The notes: generated by a model from the sequence alone, not told the origin. A DNA stretch of 64,000 nt from Chrysomallon squamiferum (GCA_012295275.1 CM022678.1:11532001-11596000); one strand, 5' to 3'. Counted from the first letter of the stretch, positions 48,660 to 61,986 are shown. Numbers and translations: made by a program.

Positions 48660-49000
48660 TTGACTATAAATATTACGGAAGTGAAAACACAAACATACTA
48701 TTTCTCATAACAATTGACAGGTTTGCAGTCATTCGATTCTTTGAGTCATTGATTACGCCCTTGTAATTATTTCTCTTTTAATATACTTACCTGCTGTTTG
48801 TTTCACAACATCAGACTTATTAATCAATATCCATATCACTATTTTATTATGATTAAATAATTACACAGTATCTGGAACCAGAAAAATAAATGGAATTAAG
48901 TTTTGACATTTTGTGTCGCTGCAGCAGTCACAAACCGGAACTGATGTCATAGATACCGCTGTCTTGGATTCGGTTTCACTCGGTAGATTCCGGAAGTCTA
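48660..49000 (-). promoter_or_regulatory. Putative RNF19 promoter and first exon, head-to-head with the PRKCSH-like gene
   Basis: CpG-retaining segment with CGGAA-core ETS sites near 48676, 48935 and 48989. A minus-strand CAG|GTAAGT donor lies near 48790. Confidence 0.5.
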
Positions 49001-49190
49001 ACGAATGATATAATTAACTTTATATATGAAAATAAAAGAGAAGTATCCTAAGCAATTCAGAACATCGGACTTAAAATGAATTAGATAAATTTCTCTGTTA
49101 AATGTAACTAACAATGATATTTAACAGTATAAAATAATTCGTGACTGTAATTTTATATTTCAGAAAGTTGAAATGAGATCTTCAGCTGCG

Positions 49191-49222
<32 letters not shown>

Positions 49223-49821
49223 AAATAAATAGTGGTAGTAGTAATAGTTGTAGTTCTTCTAGTTGTTATTTACCGTTTTTACACGAAATAACATGTAATA
49301 ACCTGTAATATGCTTAACATCTCTTCATTCTTTCACATGAATGCTTGATCCGACTGAAAACAAAAATGGACTGAAGTACTTGTAAGTGTGAATGCGTAGA
49401 TGCAGACAGTAGCAGACACAACCGTTCTTGGCATAGACTGTTTTGAGTCTCGGTCTTCCAGAAGTTTTTTAATAATTAGTTTGTCCTTGTGAACTGTCAG
49501 ACGTTCTTCAAGAAGCTGTCGGCTGTTGCAGCTGATTCTAAGCTAATGCTTGGTTCATTAACGCTTGTAAAAAAAAACCTGTATTATTTGTAATCGTAGC
49601 TTTACGGATACTTTTGAATACATATTAATTATCACCAAGTACACGTGAGTTCGTTCGCCAGGTGTTAAAAATAGTACAAAAGCGTTGAACTAGAGAAAAC
49701 TGAAATACAACACATTTTAATTCAGAATTTTGCGCGTTAATTATTTTAATTTAAAGAAATACACGTTTGCAAGTCTTTGATATTAAGTCAGAAAGTGTGG
49801 AAAAATCGTTTGCATCTGCAA

Positions 49822-49881
<60 letters not shown>

Positions 49882-50051
49882 TAATAATAATAATAATAGC
49901 AGCTATGTTGATGATGAAGATGATAATAAATAAATAAATAAATAAACAACAACCATTATGTAAATTTTATTTTTTATTTTTATTTTGTTTTTAAATTTAA
50001 TTTATTTTTTTTATATTTTTTAATCAACTTTAGATAATATTTATGTGTATG

Positions 50052-50091
<40 letters not shown>

Positions 50092-50134
50092 TGTACATAC
50101 AGCCCTTCGTGTATGTGTTACAAATATTACATGC

Positions 50135-50202
<68 letters not shown>

Positions 50203-50356
50203 TTTATTTTTATATAAGATATATTAAGCTATAGACTGTTGAGAAATAAATTTTCCCAATGATTCGCAGCATTTACGTTTTTATTTTGGTTTCGAATGAT
50301 CTATCGACCAAAAATTTGTACCATTACGAAAATAAAAAATAAAAAACACTTAATGA

Positions 50357-50397
50357 ATCACGTGATTGTCACGTGACTTTGATGTTTCAAAATGGAT
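50357..50397 (+). promoter_or_regulatory. Tandem CACGTG E-boxes (CLEAR/USF-like) plus a YY1-like site; putative promoter of the PRKCSH-like gene
   Basis: ATCACGTGAT 50357-50366, GTCACGTGAC 50368-50377, CAAAATGGAT 50388-50397. About 600 bp upstream of the acceptor (50956) of the ATG exon. Confidence 0.5.
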
Positions 50398-50892
50398 GCT
50401 AATGTTATATGAAAAGAGTGTGCGGGGAAAAACTACAAACTAGGCAAATTTATCTTTTAAAACGGTTTTCTTTTACGAATTAAAAAAAATATTTCATATA
50501 ACTACTAATTCGTTAATAAAACTTACTGTACTTTAGAATTTTGAATTTAATGCATTTCTGTTTGTGAAGTCGGAAAGTGGTAATATTAAATATTAATAGT
50601 AAAAGTAATACTAATAGTTATAGTAATAGTAAAACTAGAACACATTTAAACAGTAAACGGGAGAGAGAAAAAAGGGTTAAATTGAAAATTTTAAAAATAT
50701 ATGTTAAATGAAGCATTAAAAATATTACGTATTTGTCATGCTCTAAATATAGTTACGTTTTTTAAGATTATGCTTTTATCTTTAGACCTAAAAATAGTCG
50801 AGTTCTTCATTTTACATGAAATGCAAATAATTAAAATATTATTAATGACAACACTAAGCTTGTAACGTCCCTTTTATTTGTAATATTAATTT

Positions 50893-50931
<39 letters not shown>

Positions 50932-51008
50932 TTAACTTACGTACTTATAATTTCAGATTCTGAAAGAAAACGATTTATTTCAAATATAAAATTTAAAGAA
51001 AAGATGTC

Positions 51009-51338
51009 ATGCAAGGCTGTCCGAGATTGTTCCTGTTGCGGCGAAAGTACCAGACTTTGGCAGTCCTGTGTCTCATCATTCTGCTGTTTCTGTGGTTCCA
51101 GTTTTTCTCACATAAACGGTTGAATGGATGGAACACAAAACACAGCAAAAACAAAATGTTAGAGAATGGACAGAAAAACAAACAGTTTGTTCGTGTGGAT
51201 TACACAGATTTGTCTGAATCCAGGAAACAACCACGAGGAGTTCACCCCAGCGATGTTGATAAATACAAAATAGAGAATGGTGTCTTCCACTGCTTGAAGT
51301 CAAAGGTACGAACATGTGTTATTGCAAAACTGAGTAGT

Positions 51339-51419
<81 letters not shown>

Positions 51420-54183
51420 TTAATACTTGAGAAGGATGCAATAACAGAAAGAATTTTGCTGATGTTTTACAAGGATATAATCTCTTTTATAAAGGTAATC
51501 AAAGAAAATGAAAGAAAATGTTTCAGTAAACTTGCTGTTCAGTGAAGACTTTAATTACTGTTGAAAATATTTCTGTCTTTTATTTAGTGTAAAAAGAGGA
51601 CATTGAAATTTTCCGTTTCATTCTATTTCAATCATTTTCTATAATTAGCTCTGGTTTCAGCCATTCCTATTTTATTCTTAATAAAATAAAAATATTTCTA
51701 ACACTAAACCACAGAAACTGAGAAAAAAATAAGTAAATAAAACAAAACATTGAAGGTGTCTTCTACCAGTGTAAACACATCACATTTGTCAAAGAGCTCT
51801 GAAAACAGTTGTCTGTTTTCATGTTTGCATATGTATAATCATTTTTAAATAAACAGGTGGGGTAAGCTTTTTTTGGGGGTTTTTGGTGTTTTTTTCCATA
51901 TTAATTATATACATTACTGTAGAATAAATATTTAAATTTTGTTTTATTTGTTAAATTTAACTCAGTATTTATATCTATCTATACGTATACATGATATATG
52001 TTTGTACGTACAGACGTATAACAGAACTTTTTTAACATTTGATGAATATATTTTTAATTATTTAAAATTGTTGTTTACTAAATTTTTTCTGCAAATCATC
52101 AAGGCATGGTATTTTGAAGAAGATTTTTTTCAGATTTTTTTAACAAGTCATCAAGACAAAGTATTTTAATGATGATTATTTACTGATATATTTTCAGCAA
52201 ATCATCAAAGCAAATTTTAATGATGATTATTTACTGATATATTTTCAGCAAATCATCAAAGCAAATTATTTTAATGATGATTATTTACTGATATATTTTC
52301 AGCAAATCATCAAGTCAAAGTATTTTAATGATGATTATTTACTGATATATTTTCAGCAAATCATCAAGGCAAAGTATTTTAATGATGATTATTTACTGAT
52401 ATATTTTCAGCAAATCATCAAGTCAAAGTATTTTAATGATGATTATTTACTGATATATTTTCAGCAAATCATCAAGTCAAAGTATTTTAATGATGATTAT
52501 TGTGACTGTGATGATTTGACAGATGAACCGGGAACTTCTGCTTGTCCTGATTCCAGGTAATCTCTTTGTTAATTAAAGGTGTTTATATCTTTCTTTTCAT
52601 CTTCAAAATGTTTTTTTTTTTTCTGCAACGGGAAATAGGATCTGTGATGAATTATTTGATTTAAAGATAATGAATAAAATATACATCAATAGAAATGTGT
52701 ATTTACTGTTTACCTGGTTACTTCTACCTTTCATTTGTTAAAATTCCAGGTAATTCATTTATTAATTAATGTGTATAGTATTTAACTATGCTTGTAAAAT
52801 ATGTGGTTATTTAATCTAATGTTTAAATATTATTTTACTTTATTTTCCATTTTTTAACTTCACTTTGATTATTTAGTGAATATTTCAGTTGAAATACGTA
52901 CACACACCTTCTTGGCCTGTATAATCAGTTTAATTAGAAATATTAATTAGTGACACAGTAGACAGAGTCTTAATTAACAGGTTTGTGTGAGAGAATGTTA
53001 GGAAATAGTTAGAAAGTCTAATCTAATGATATGAGAGACAGAGTTAGGGGACGTAAAGAGAGACATAATTTAAATAAAAATGTGCACAAAAATATAATTT
53101 TATACATTAATTTTTTTACTCTTTATAACGAAATCCTATTCAACTCAACAAAATAATGTGTTTGTGAAAACATAAAATTTTTCTTTTTCTCTTTAGAATA
53201 AAATCATTAATGGAAGCAAAAATTTTTGGATATATTATATAAAAAAAATATTGAAATAATTATTTAAACTGAAATACTGGAGCGTGAAGATACACATTAC
53301 TTAAAATAAATTAGTTTATAAATTATAATGTGTAGTATAAATTATAATGATAATAAAAACATTTGTGTTTTTTTTTAGATTTTACTGTACTTTCCAGCTG
53401 GATGATGAAAAACCGCAGTTTGTTCCTTCGAGCAGAGTGAATGATGGGATATGTGACTGCTGTGACGGGAGTGATGAGTGGGCAGGGTCAGAGGTCCCGC
53501 CCAATATAAAACTGCCGAGTTAGTATCAAAACTTTAAACAGGGACTAAAATCAAAGGGTGAAAAAAATGGCAGAAAGGTTTAAATTTGTTTAGACTTTTT
53601 AAATTAATTATTTTTTTGGGTTTTGCTTTTATGACTAGTATGGTTATTTCCCCTGTTTATTGTAATGATGTTAAGATGTTCAGATGTATTGAAAATTACT
53701 CATTGACATACAAAAACACACCAATACAAATTCTAATACTTTTACTCAAACAAATGATACATACAAGTGAATCAGATAAACTGACAAACATTCGTACAGA
53801 TACAATGATCAAACACCAAAAAAATGTAATATACAGATGTGAACACATAGACACACATGGGTATATTCTTTATCTTACACACAAAAACATTGTCTCACAC
53901 AAACACACATCACAGACACACACATTGCTCTTGTACACAAACACACATCACAGACACACACATTGCTCTTGTACACACACACACACATCTGAAGCCTGTT
54001 TTTCAAACGTTACAGAAGAACGTCAAGGTCACCCAGTATTCCATGCTCCCTGTGAGAACCAGTGCACTGTGTACGTGAGACAGAAAGACAAAGCTAAGAA
54101 AATTCACAGACAGGGACACAAACTCAAACACAGCTACGTACAGGCTGCAAAAACTCTTGAAGAAAAAAAACGAAAGGTATCTT

Positions 54184-54218
<35 letters not shown>

Positions 54219-54224
54219 CCTCTC

Positions 54225-54268
<44 letters not shown>

Positions 54269-55577
54269 TAAAGTCTCTCATGTAAAGATAGTTTTATGGA
54301 AAATTCAGACAAAACTTGATTAATTTCTTCCAACTGGAAGTCACAGAAGTTCTTCAAAAGTATTTTCAGCTTCATAAATTAATTATTTTTATTTATTGGG
54401 ATCATCAGATAAGAAATTTTTGTGTAACCTTAAAATTACAACAGCATAACATGTGTCAGTGTTAGTTTGAAAATGAACAAAGTCCATGATTTTAACACTC
54501 AGTTTTGAGTTTTCTTTCAGAAATAGATTTATAATTATTTTCAACTATATTAACTATTATTTAATCAGTAATTAAAAATAAAAAAATAAATATATATATA
54601 TATATATATATACATAGGATAGATACATAACCATTTATTCTTCAAATTTGGGACTTAAATATATATACATTTCAATTTTGAGTTTTCTTTTCATTTATTA
54701 TTAAGCCATATTACCCATTACTTTTATATCACCCTTTATTTGGGAAAAATTTTATTTCTTCATTCATATAAGAGAATATCTATTTTAATCCATTAAAAAG
54801 GATTTTACCTATAGAGAATATGATTTATATTATATAGGTTGAACATTTTATTTAAACGATATCTGTACAAATTAATACACTTCTTAAAACACTTAAATTT
54901 CCTTCAATATCATGTATATTATATCAAATGAAAATTAAGTAAATAAAAATAAAGAACATAGTTTAATTCGACGGGTATAATAATGACTTCTGTGAGAAAT
55001 TCACCTCTACACAGCAACAGTCTCACTTAAACCGTTCAACGTGTACGTCAAGGAAACGACTAAAGCAGCAAGTAGAGAGTGGTGACTTACAGTGTGACTA
55101 ATGTAGAGAATGGTGGCTTACAGTGTGACTAATGCAGAGAGTGGTGACTTACAGTGTGACTAATGCAGAGAGTGGTGACTTACAGTGTGACTAATGCAGA
55201 GAGTGGTGACTTACAGTGTGACTAATGCAGAGAGTGGTGACTTACAGTGTGACTAATGCAGAGAGTGGTGACTTACAGTGTGACTAATGCAGAGAATGGT
55301 GACTTACTGTGTGACTAATGCAGAGAGTGGTGACTTACAGTGTGACTGATGCAGAGAGTGGTGACTTACAGTGTGACTAATGCAGAGAGTGGTGACTTAC
55401 AGTGTGACTAATGCAGATATTGGTGACTTACAGTGTGACTAATGCAGATATTGGTGACTTACAGTGTGACTAATGCAGATATTGGTGACTTACAGTGTGA
55501 CTAATGCAGAGTGGTGACTTACAGTGTGACTAATGTAGAGTGGTGACTTACAGTGTGACTAATTTGAAAGTAGTCAC

Positions 55578-55624
<47 letters not shown>

Positions 55625-56438
55625 CAATTGCTGTTTTTCTGGATTTTCTAGATTTCTGGATGCTGGATAAATGGTTCAGTATATATATATATATATATTT
55701 TTTTTTTTTTAGTGTGTATGTGTCTATGTATAAATAATATTTATTTATTTATCTTCAGGAGTATGGCTCAGAGGGGGAGTTTTACAAACTAAGTCAGCTC
55801 TGTTTTGACTATGCTACAAAAGAATACGAGTACAAAGTCTGTCCTTTCAAATCTGTCACACAGCAGAAGTTCCCCCAGGCCTCAGTATCACTAGGGCGTG
55901 TCCCAAAGTGGCAGCAGATGAAACCCGGTGATTTTATCCTTGTCATGGGGGGTGGGGATTCTAAAGTCTGCCCAGATATGATCCCAAGACAAACGAAGGT
56001 AATTACTAGTTACGTTTGAAATTTTTGGTAAATCATTGGTTACAAGAGAAAATGAATAAAGGTTATTAATTGATAAAAAAAATAAAATAAATAAAATAAA
56101 AAAAAAAAAATAAAAATTGATAAAGTAAATGATTGGTTACATGAAAAATTAAATGTAATATGATTTATTCTAATAAAAAAAAAATATGTGAATAATTGGT
56201 TAGAAGAGAAAATGAGGTAACTGACAGATTATGTAAGTGATTGATTCCAAGTACAGCAGTAACAGTTGTTGTGATCTAAAAGAAATCTGAGATAAACTGG
56301 ATTTTGTAATGTAAGCCAGGATACATTAAAAACTGACAAATTTGAAGAGTAAGATGTTGACATGGTTGTAAACACAGATGTGACATAATTTTAAATGTGA
56401 AAGAGTGTGATGGAAATAAAACAGAGACCAATATATAT

Positions 56439-56481
<43 letters not shown>

Positions 56482-57148
56482 TACATACACATACAAACAT
56501 ACATAAACACACACACACACATGCACACATACATACATACACAACACACACACACACACACATAAACATACATACACATATATACATATATAAACATACA
56601 CACACACACACACACATATATAAACATACACACACATATATTCATACATACATACATAAACACACAGACACACACAGACACACATGGTAAACACATTTTG
56701 TATATATCACACACACATGTGTGCATGTATGTTGTGTGTTTCTGTGTGTGTGTAAACTCATGGTAAAGAAATTTTGTATTTTCAGATTATTGTTTTGTAC
56801 TCATGGTAAAGATTATTTTGTTTTTCAGATCAGGTTTCAGTCTGTGAGTATGTGTGTGTGTGTGTGTGTGTGTTTCTGTGTGTGTGTGTGTGTATGTAAA
56901 CTCAAGGTAAAGATTATTATTTTGTGTCTGTGTTTCTGTCTGTTGTGTGTTTCTGTGTATGTGTGTGTGTGTGTGTCTGTTGTGTGTTTGTTTCTGTGTG
57001 TGTGTGTGTGTCTGTTGTGTGTCTGTGTGTGTGTATGTGTGCATGTATGTTGTGTGTTTCTGTGTGTGTGTAAATCTAAAGATTATTATTTTGTATTTTC
57101 AGATCAAGGTAAAGAATATTATTTTGTATTTTTTCAGATCAGGTTTCT

Positions 57149-57206
<58 letters not shown>

Positions 57207-57341
57207 AAACTCAAGGTAAAGATTATTATTTTGTATTTTCAGATCAGGTTTCTGTGTGGTTTGGAGGATCGTATTATAAATGTTGAAGAGTATTCTCGTT
57301 GTTTTTATCTTGTCAAGTTCAGCACTCCAGCAGCTTGTTAG
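51009..57341 (+). CDS. Glucosidase II beta subunit (PRKCSH)-like protein, about 342 aa: N-terminal membrane anchor, Cys-rich LDLa-like region, MRH domain, no HDEL
   Basis: Exons 51009-51305 (MQGC...[23 protein letters not shown]...PRGVHP...FHCLKSK), 52465-52556 ([28 protein letters not shown]), 53379-53518 (FYC...[19 protein letters not shown]), 54016-54176 (...CENQC...), 55759-55998 ([13 protein letters not shown]...[14 protein letters not shown]...[10 protein letters not shown]), 57243-57341 (IRFLCG...[18 protein letters not shown]). All phases are consistent. Confidence 0.92.
52075..52500 (+). repeat. 54-bp tandem repeat spanning the exon-2 splice acceptor of the PRKCSH-like gene
   Basis: Unit TTACTGATATATTTTCAG|CAAATCATCAAGTCAAAGTATTTTAATGATGATTAT. 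The AGs end at 52197, 52248, 52302, 52356, 52410 and 52464. Two degenerate units lie upstream. Confidence 0.95.
55072..55563. repeat. 31-bp intronic minisatellite, about 16 copies
   Basis: Unit GCAGAGAGTGGTGACTTACAGTGTGACTAAT, head-to-tail without spacers. The last two units are 29 bp. Confidence 0.97.
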
Positions 57342-57814
57342 AATTCACCTTTTTCACATTCCAACCACAGCCCAATGAAATCACACTTTTATCTGGGTTG
57401 ATAAAGCATTTAGAAAATTTCATTTATGCAATTTATTTCAGTCACAGAAACTGATGTTTTCATATATAATATTTATTTAAATATATAAGTATTTCGGTCT
57501 ATATGTTAGAGAATTGAAATAAAGCAGGTTATTTTAATTGAAAAATTTCATGTGTTCAAATATAAAAACATTTCAGTTCACATATTAGAAATTTTATTGT
57601 AACTGAACACATTTATTATTTGTTTATTTAAAAACAAAAAGAAATGCTTTATTTATTCAAACTAAAGAATATCAAAAGATGTAAAAATATATTTTAAAAA
57701 AGATTTTGTTTATAAATTAACATGTTAATTTACATATCAATTATTTATTTTAGTTTGTTTTAAATTCTCATAAAATATGTTTTTTTCTTTTTTTTTTTTT
57801 TTTGGATAAAATGA

Positions 57815-58073
57815 GAAACAAACTTGCTGAAATAGTAATAACAAAATAATTAGTAATATTAGTAATATTAATACACATATTAACAGGATACTTGATTCAA
57901 GAACATTAATAATAAAGATAAATACATATATCTGAAGTAATAATAACAATAACAGTACTAGTTACAGAAACAAACTTGTAGAAATAGTAATAACAATAAT
58001 AGAAGTAATTAGTAATATTAGTAATATTAATACACATATTAACAGGATACTTGATTCAAAAACATTAATAATA
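57815..58073. repeat. Local ~100-bp direct duplication
   Basis: GAAACAAACTTG...AATACACATATTAACAGGATACTTGATTCAA...ACATTAATAATAAA at about 57815 and 57967. Confidence 0.85.
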
Positions 58074-58507
58074 AAAAAAAAAAAAAAATAAAAAAATATT
58101 GATGATAATAAAACACTGCCGTTTATTTTAACATGATTATATTTTTACCTGTAAAAACAACAGTAATTAACAGTATGACTATACCTTAATGTGCCTTACT
58201 TTATTTTGTGCAGTATAATGTGCTTGTGCTTTATTATTTGCAAACTTATGTCTCAAATTAAAATAAATAATAATAATAATAATAATAATTAAAAAAAAAA
58301 AAATTGTAAACTATGTTAAAAAAATGTGGGAGTGGTTTCAGGGTCAGAAAAGATGATGATGTTATTGTGGTATATTGATGGATATATATATATTTTAAAT
58401 GGGTTTTGTTGGTGGGATTTATTTTTCTATTTTGTTCATGGATTCATGTTTTGTGGAATATTTATTTATCTACAGCTCAGCTCCATGTAATAATTCCACT
58501 TGTTTAT

Positions 58508-58571
<64 letters not shown>

Positions 58572-59264
58572 GGTGGTACTAAAACAATAATTACATTTTT
58601 TGCATATTGTATGTCACTTGTACATAAACAAATATGGACACCCAATAAAGAATTATTAAAAAGGAAGTGTGTTAATGGTCTCATTAAAAGTTTGTTAATA
58701 TTTATTTAATTTAATTTATTATATTTTAATTAATTAATTTTAGTGTATTATATTTTATATATTATTGTTATTATAAACATCATCAGCTGAACTAATCCAA
58801 GGTTGCTGCAAAATGGTGTTGGTAGTTAATTTACTTTCACAAAGTAGTGGGACAGTTGTTTTAGTTTTGGAATTACATGTGGTTTTTTATGTTTTTAGAA
58901 CAGTAAATAAATTTGTATTAAATTTCTTTTTTTTTTTTACTTTTATTTTATATGTGTGTGCGTGTGTGTGTGTGATTTAAAGAAAAAAATTATTGATTGC
59001 AGACATTTCTCACAACAACACGCGAACTGTATGGGGAGACAACTCGTACATAACGATTTTCAAAATATTATTATTATTATTATTAAATGATTATGATCAT
59101 TATTATCACTGTCATTATTATTTTAAAGTAAGAGAACAAAAATTATTACATAAATAAATTATTCAGTGCATTTTTAAATTTGATTTTATATTTTGTAGCA
59201 AAATTAACAAAATGTGGAATAAAATGAAGTTTGTTTAAACTCGAGTCCACAGAAATATTTTTAT

Positions 59265-59305
<41 letters not shown>

Positions 59306-59537
59306 TAAAAAAAACAAAAAACAAATAAAAGAACAAGAAAAATGGAAATATTAAGAAGTAATAATTAATTACAGGCCTTAAACGTCAGTCGAAAAAAAAA
59401 ACAACTGCGTATCATTAATTATTTGAAACTTCATCACAGGCATCATCATCACCACCATCGTCAAAATAAAATAATGTTTAAAAATCCAATACTAATCCCA
59501 TTATTACCTTAGGCTTTTTGACCGGACGTAAACATTC

Positions 59538-59635
59538 ACTGAGTAACAGATGTTGCTAGAATGATGATACGGTATTCGTTTACTGAGTAACAGATGTTGC
59601 TAGAATGATGATACGGTATTCGTTTACTCAGTAAC
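59538..59635. repeat. 44-bp tandem duplication (about 2.2 copies)
   Basis: ACTGAGTAACAGATGTTGCTAGAATGATGATACGGTATTCGTTT at 59538 and 59582. Confidence 0.9.
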
Positions 59636-61955
59636 AACACCTGTAATCAATCTATTACAACAACAATGGACACATCAGTTTGGAAAATTTAAAATAATTT
59701 TTAAAAACTTAAAAGCTTCATCGATCCGCGAGGCATATTTGACCATTGAATGACTGTATCGAACTTTATATTGACTCTGGCTTAAACTGACAACAGCAAA
59801 TAACGATCCATTTAAAAAAAAAAAAAAAAAAACCTTCTTGTACAAATATAATTAAGCACGTCTCTCGCGTGTGTTTATGGACTGTTTGTTGTGTTATTCT
59901 ATACGCGCTTTTCAGCGCATCGATTATGATTAACTGTGAAATTTAAAACGTAATTTTCAGTTTGTTTATTTATTCATTTCCTTTATCAAATACCTCAGAT
60001 GATAATTATGTTTTGAATACTTTATCTTTTTGTTGTTGTTGTGAATGTAAGTATAGTATGAAAGTAATTTCTGATTAATACGTATTAATAAATAAATAAA
60101 TAAAAATAAATAAATATAAAATAAAATGATTTGTGCACGAAGGATTTCAAAACACAGGTTTTATTTATAACGGCAGACGACATTTTCAAACGAAATTATC
60201 CGAATCGATAACACCGAAACGTTTTCTAAATTTTGCATGAACAAAACGGGATATGTAATTTTATATGACGTTACTGCTGTTGTACATAATTATAAAAGAA
60301 TGGAATGTCCCTCGCACAAACAGCTAAGAAAAAAAAAAAAAAATAACCACGAAGGGAAGAGCAAGGATATCTGAAGTTCAGCTGCCATGAATCAAAAACA
60401 AGAAACGCGATATCTGATTACAACATCCTGGCTTGAAGACATACATAATTATATATTTATACGCACACACGCGCACACACACACACACACACACACATAC
60501 AAATATATATAAAAGGAATAAAAAAAAAAGAGAAGAAAACGCGCATAAAAGAAAACAAACATACGGAAAGAAAAACATGATTGTACACATACCACCGACA
60601 CACATACATACGTACATACATAAACAAATACACGTATATATCGGGAAATAAACACATATAGAAACAGTTATATACATTTACACACGTATATATATATATA
60701 TATAAAAAAAAAAAAAATCAATGTCTCGTTATTATTAGTTAAGTACGGAAGGAAACAATAACTTGAAATAAAGTCTGATATATTTGGACAGTCTATCTTA
60801 ATCTACAATGTTGCAGTCTAACTGGGTAATAGAATATATATATATAGAACCAGTTTAAATAACAAACTGCAAATTAAAGTGCATACACAGAAATAAATAA
60901 AAGTATAAATACATAAACACACGTACAAACATATATGTTCTTGTATACACGTGTGTGTGTGTAAAGCAAAAGATACAAAGATATATAATGCATATTATAC
61001 ATATACTTAATAATATGTGTATACATGCAAATGGACGTTTTCGTGTTTATTGATTCATGATTTTAAATTTTTTCGACTTATCCAGTAAGCTCCATATGTT
61101 TCGTCTTCTTCTTATTATTATTTATAATTTATATTCAATGTTATTTGCAGTATTTAACAGTTAATTTGGATAGAAGTGCGTGGCAGTATTTCTGGTATTT
61201 TGTAATTAAATTCGTTTCATATTACATCGATATAGCTGGGCCCTCTTGTGACATTTGGCAACGCCTTTGTTTAATTTGCACTTTGTTATTTAATCTGGTT
61301 TGAGATATCCAGTTCAAGATTAAATTAGGTTGTAATACGACACAAACACACACAAGATCTAAACATATACAGTTACACATCTTTCGAAATTCTCTATCCT
61401 ATGATTTATTGATAACTCCGACATACGTCAAACTGTTATCTGGTGACTTCGGACTACAATGTATTACGTCACAGCATCTCCAGAGTGAACGACTGGCAAG
61501 TGCGTTACGTCACAGACCTCTGTGCTAACAAAGCTCACGACAGACGGGATGTGTAATATATTTGATAGCTGTGATAAATTACAATGAACACCAGCAGTCC
61601 TGTTTCCAAACTAGAGTGCACCTTTAAGAGAGACTGGCTAAATATAGCAAACTCTATTTCACGTTATTGTATTGTATAGTTATTGTTGTTTCCTTCTTTA
61701 CTGAACTAATAATAACGAAATACATTTATTGATATTATTCTTTTCTTTTTGTCTGTAAATCTCAGTGTAGCCATTTTTCTTTTGTAATTGCATACACTGA
61801 TACGGGGGACTGATTTCTAAAATTTCTACTACTCTTTGTCTGTAATGACGTCACCACTAACTGTAAGGGAGAAAAAATTAAAATGAGCGCATTCAGATGT
61901 TTTGTAAAAATATTATTTTATGGTCATACTTTGTTGTTAGTGATTGTAAGTCATC

Positions 61956-61986
<31 letters not shown>

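Noticed and set aside
55072-55563. 31-bp array as CRISPR or as repeated minus-strand GTAAGT donors of a hidden gene
   Set aside because: No spacers, unit length is not a multiple of 3, and there are no partner exons; an ordinary intronic minisatellite.
54177-55758. Second U12 intron (donor GTATCTT) in the PRKCSH-like gene
   Set aside because: The donor has a U2-type AAG|GT context, and the 3' end has a T-rich tract with no CCTTAAC branch point.
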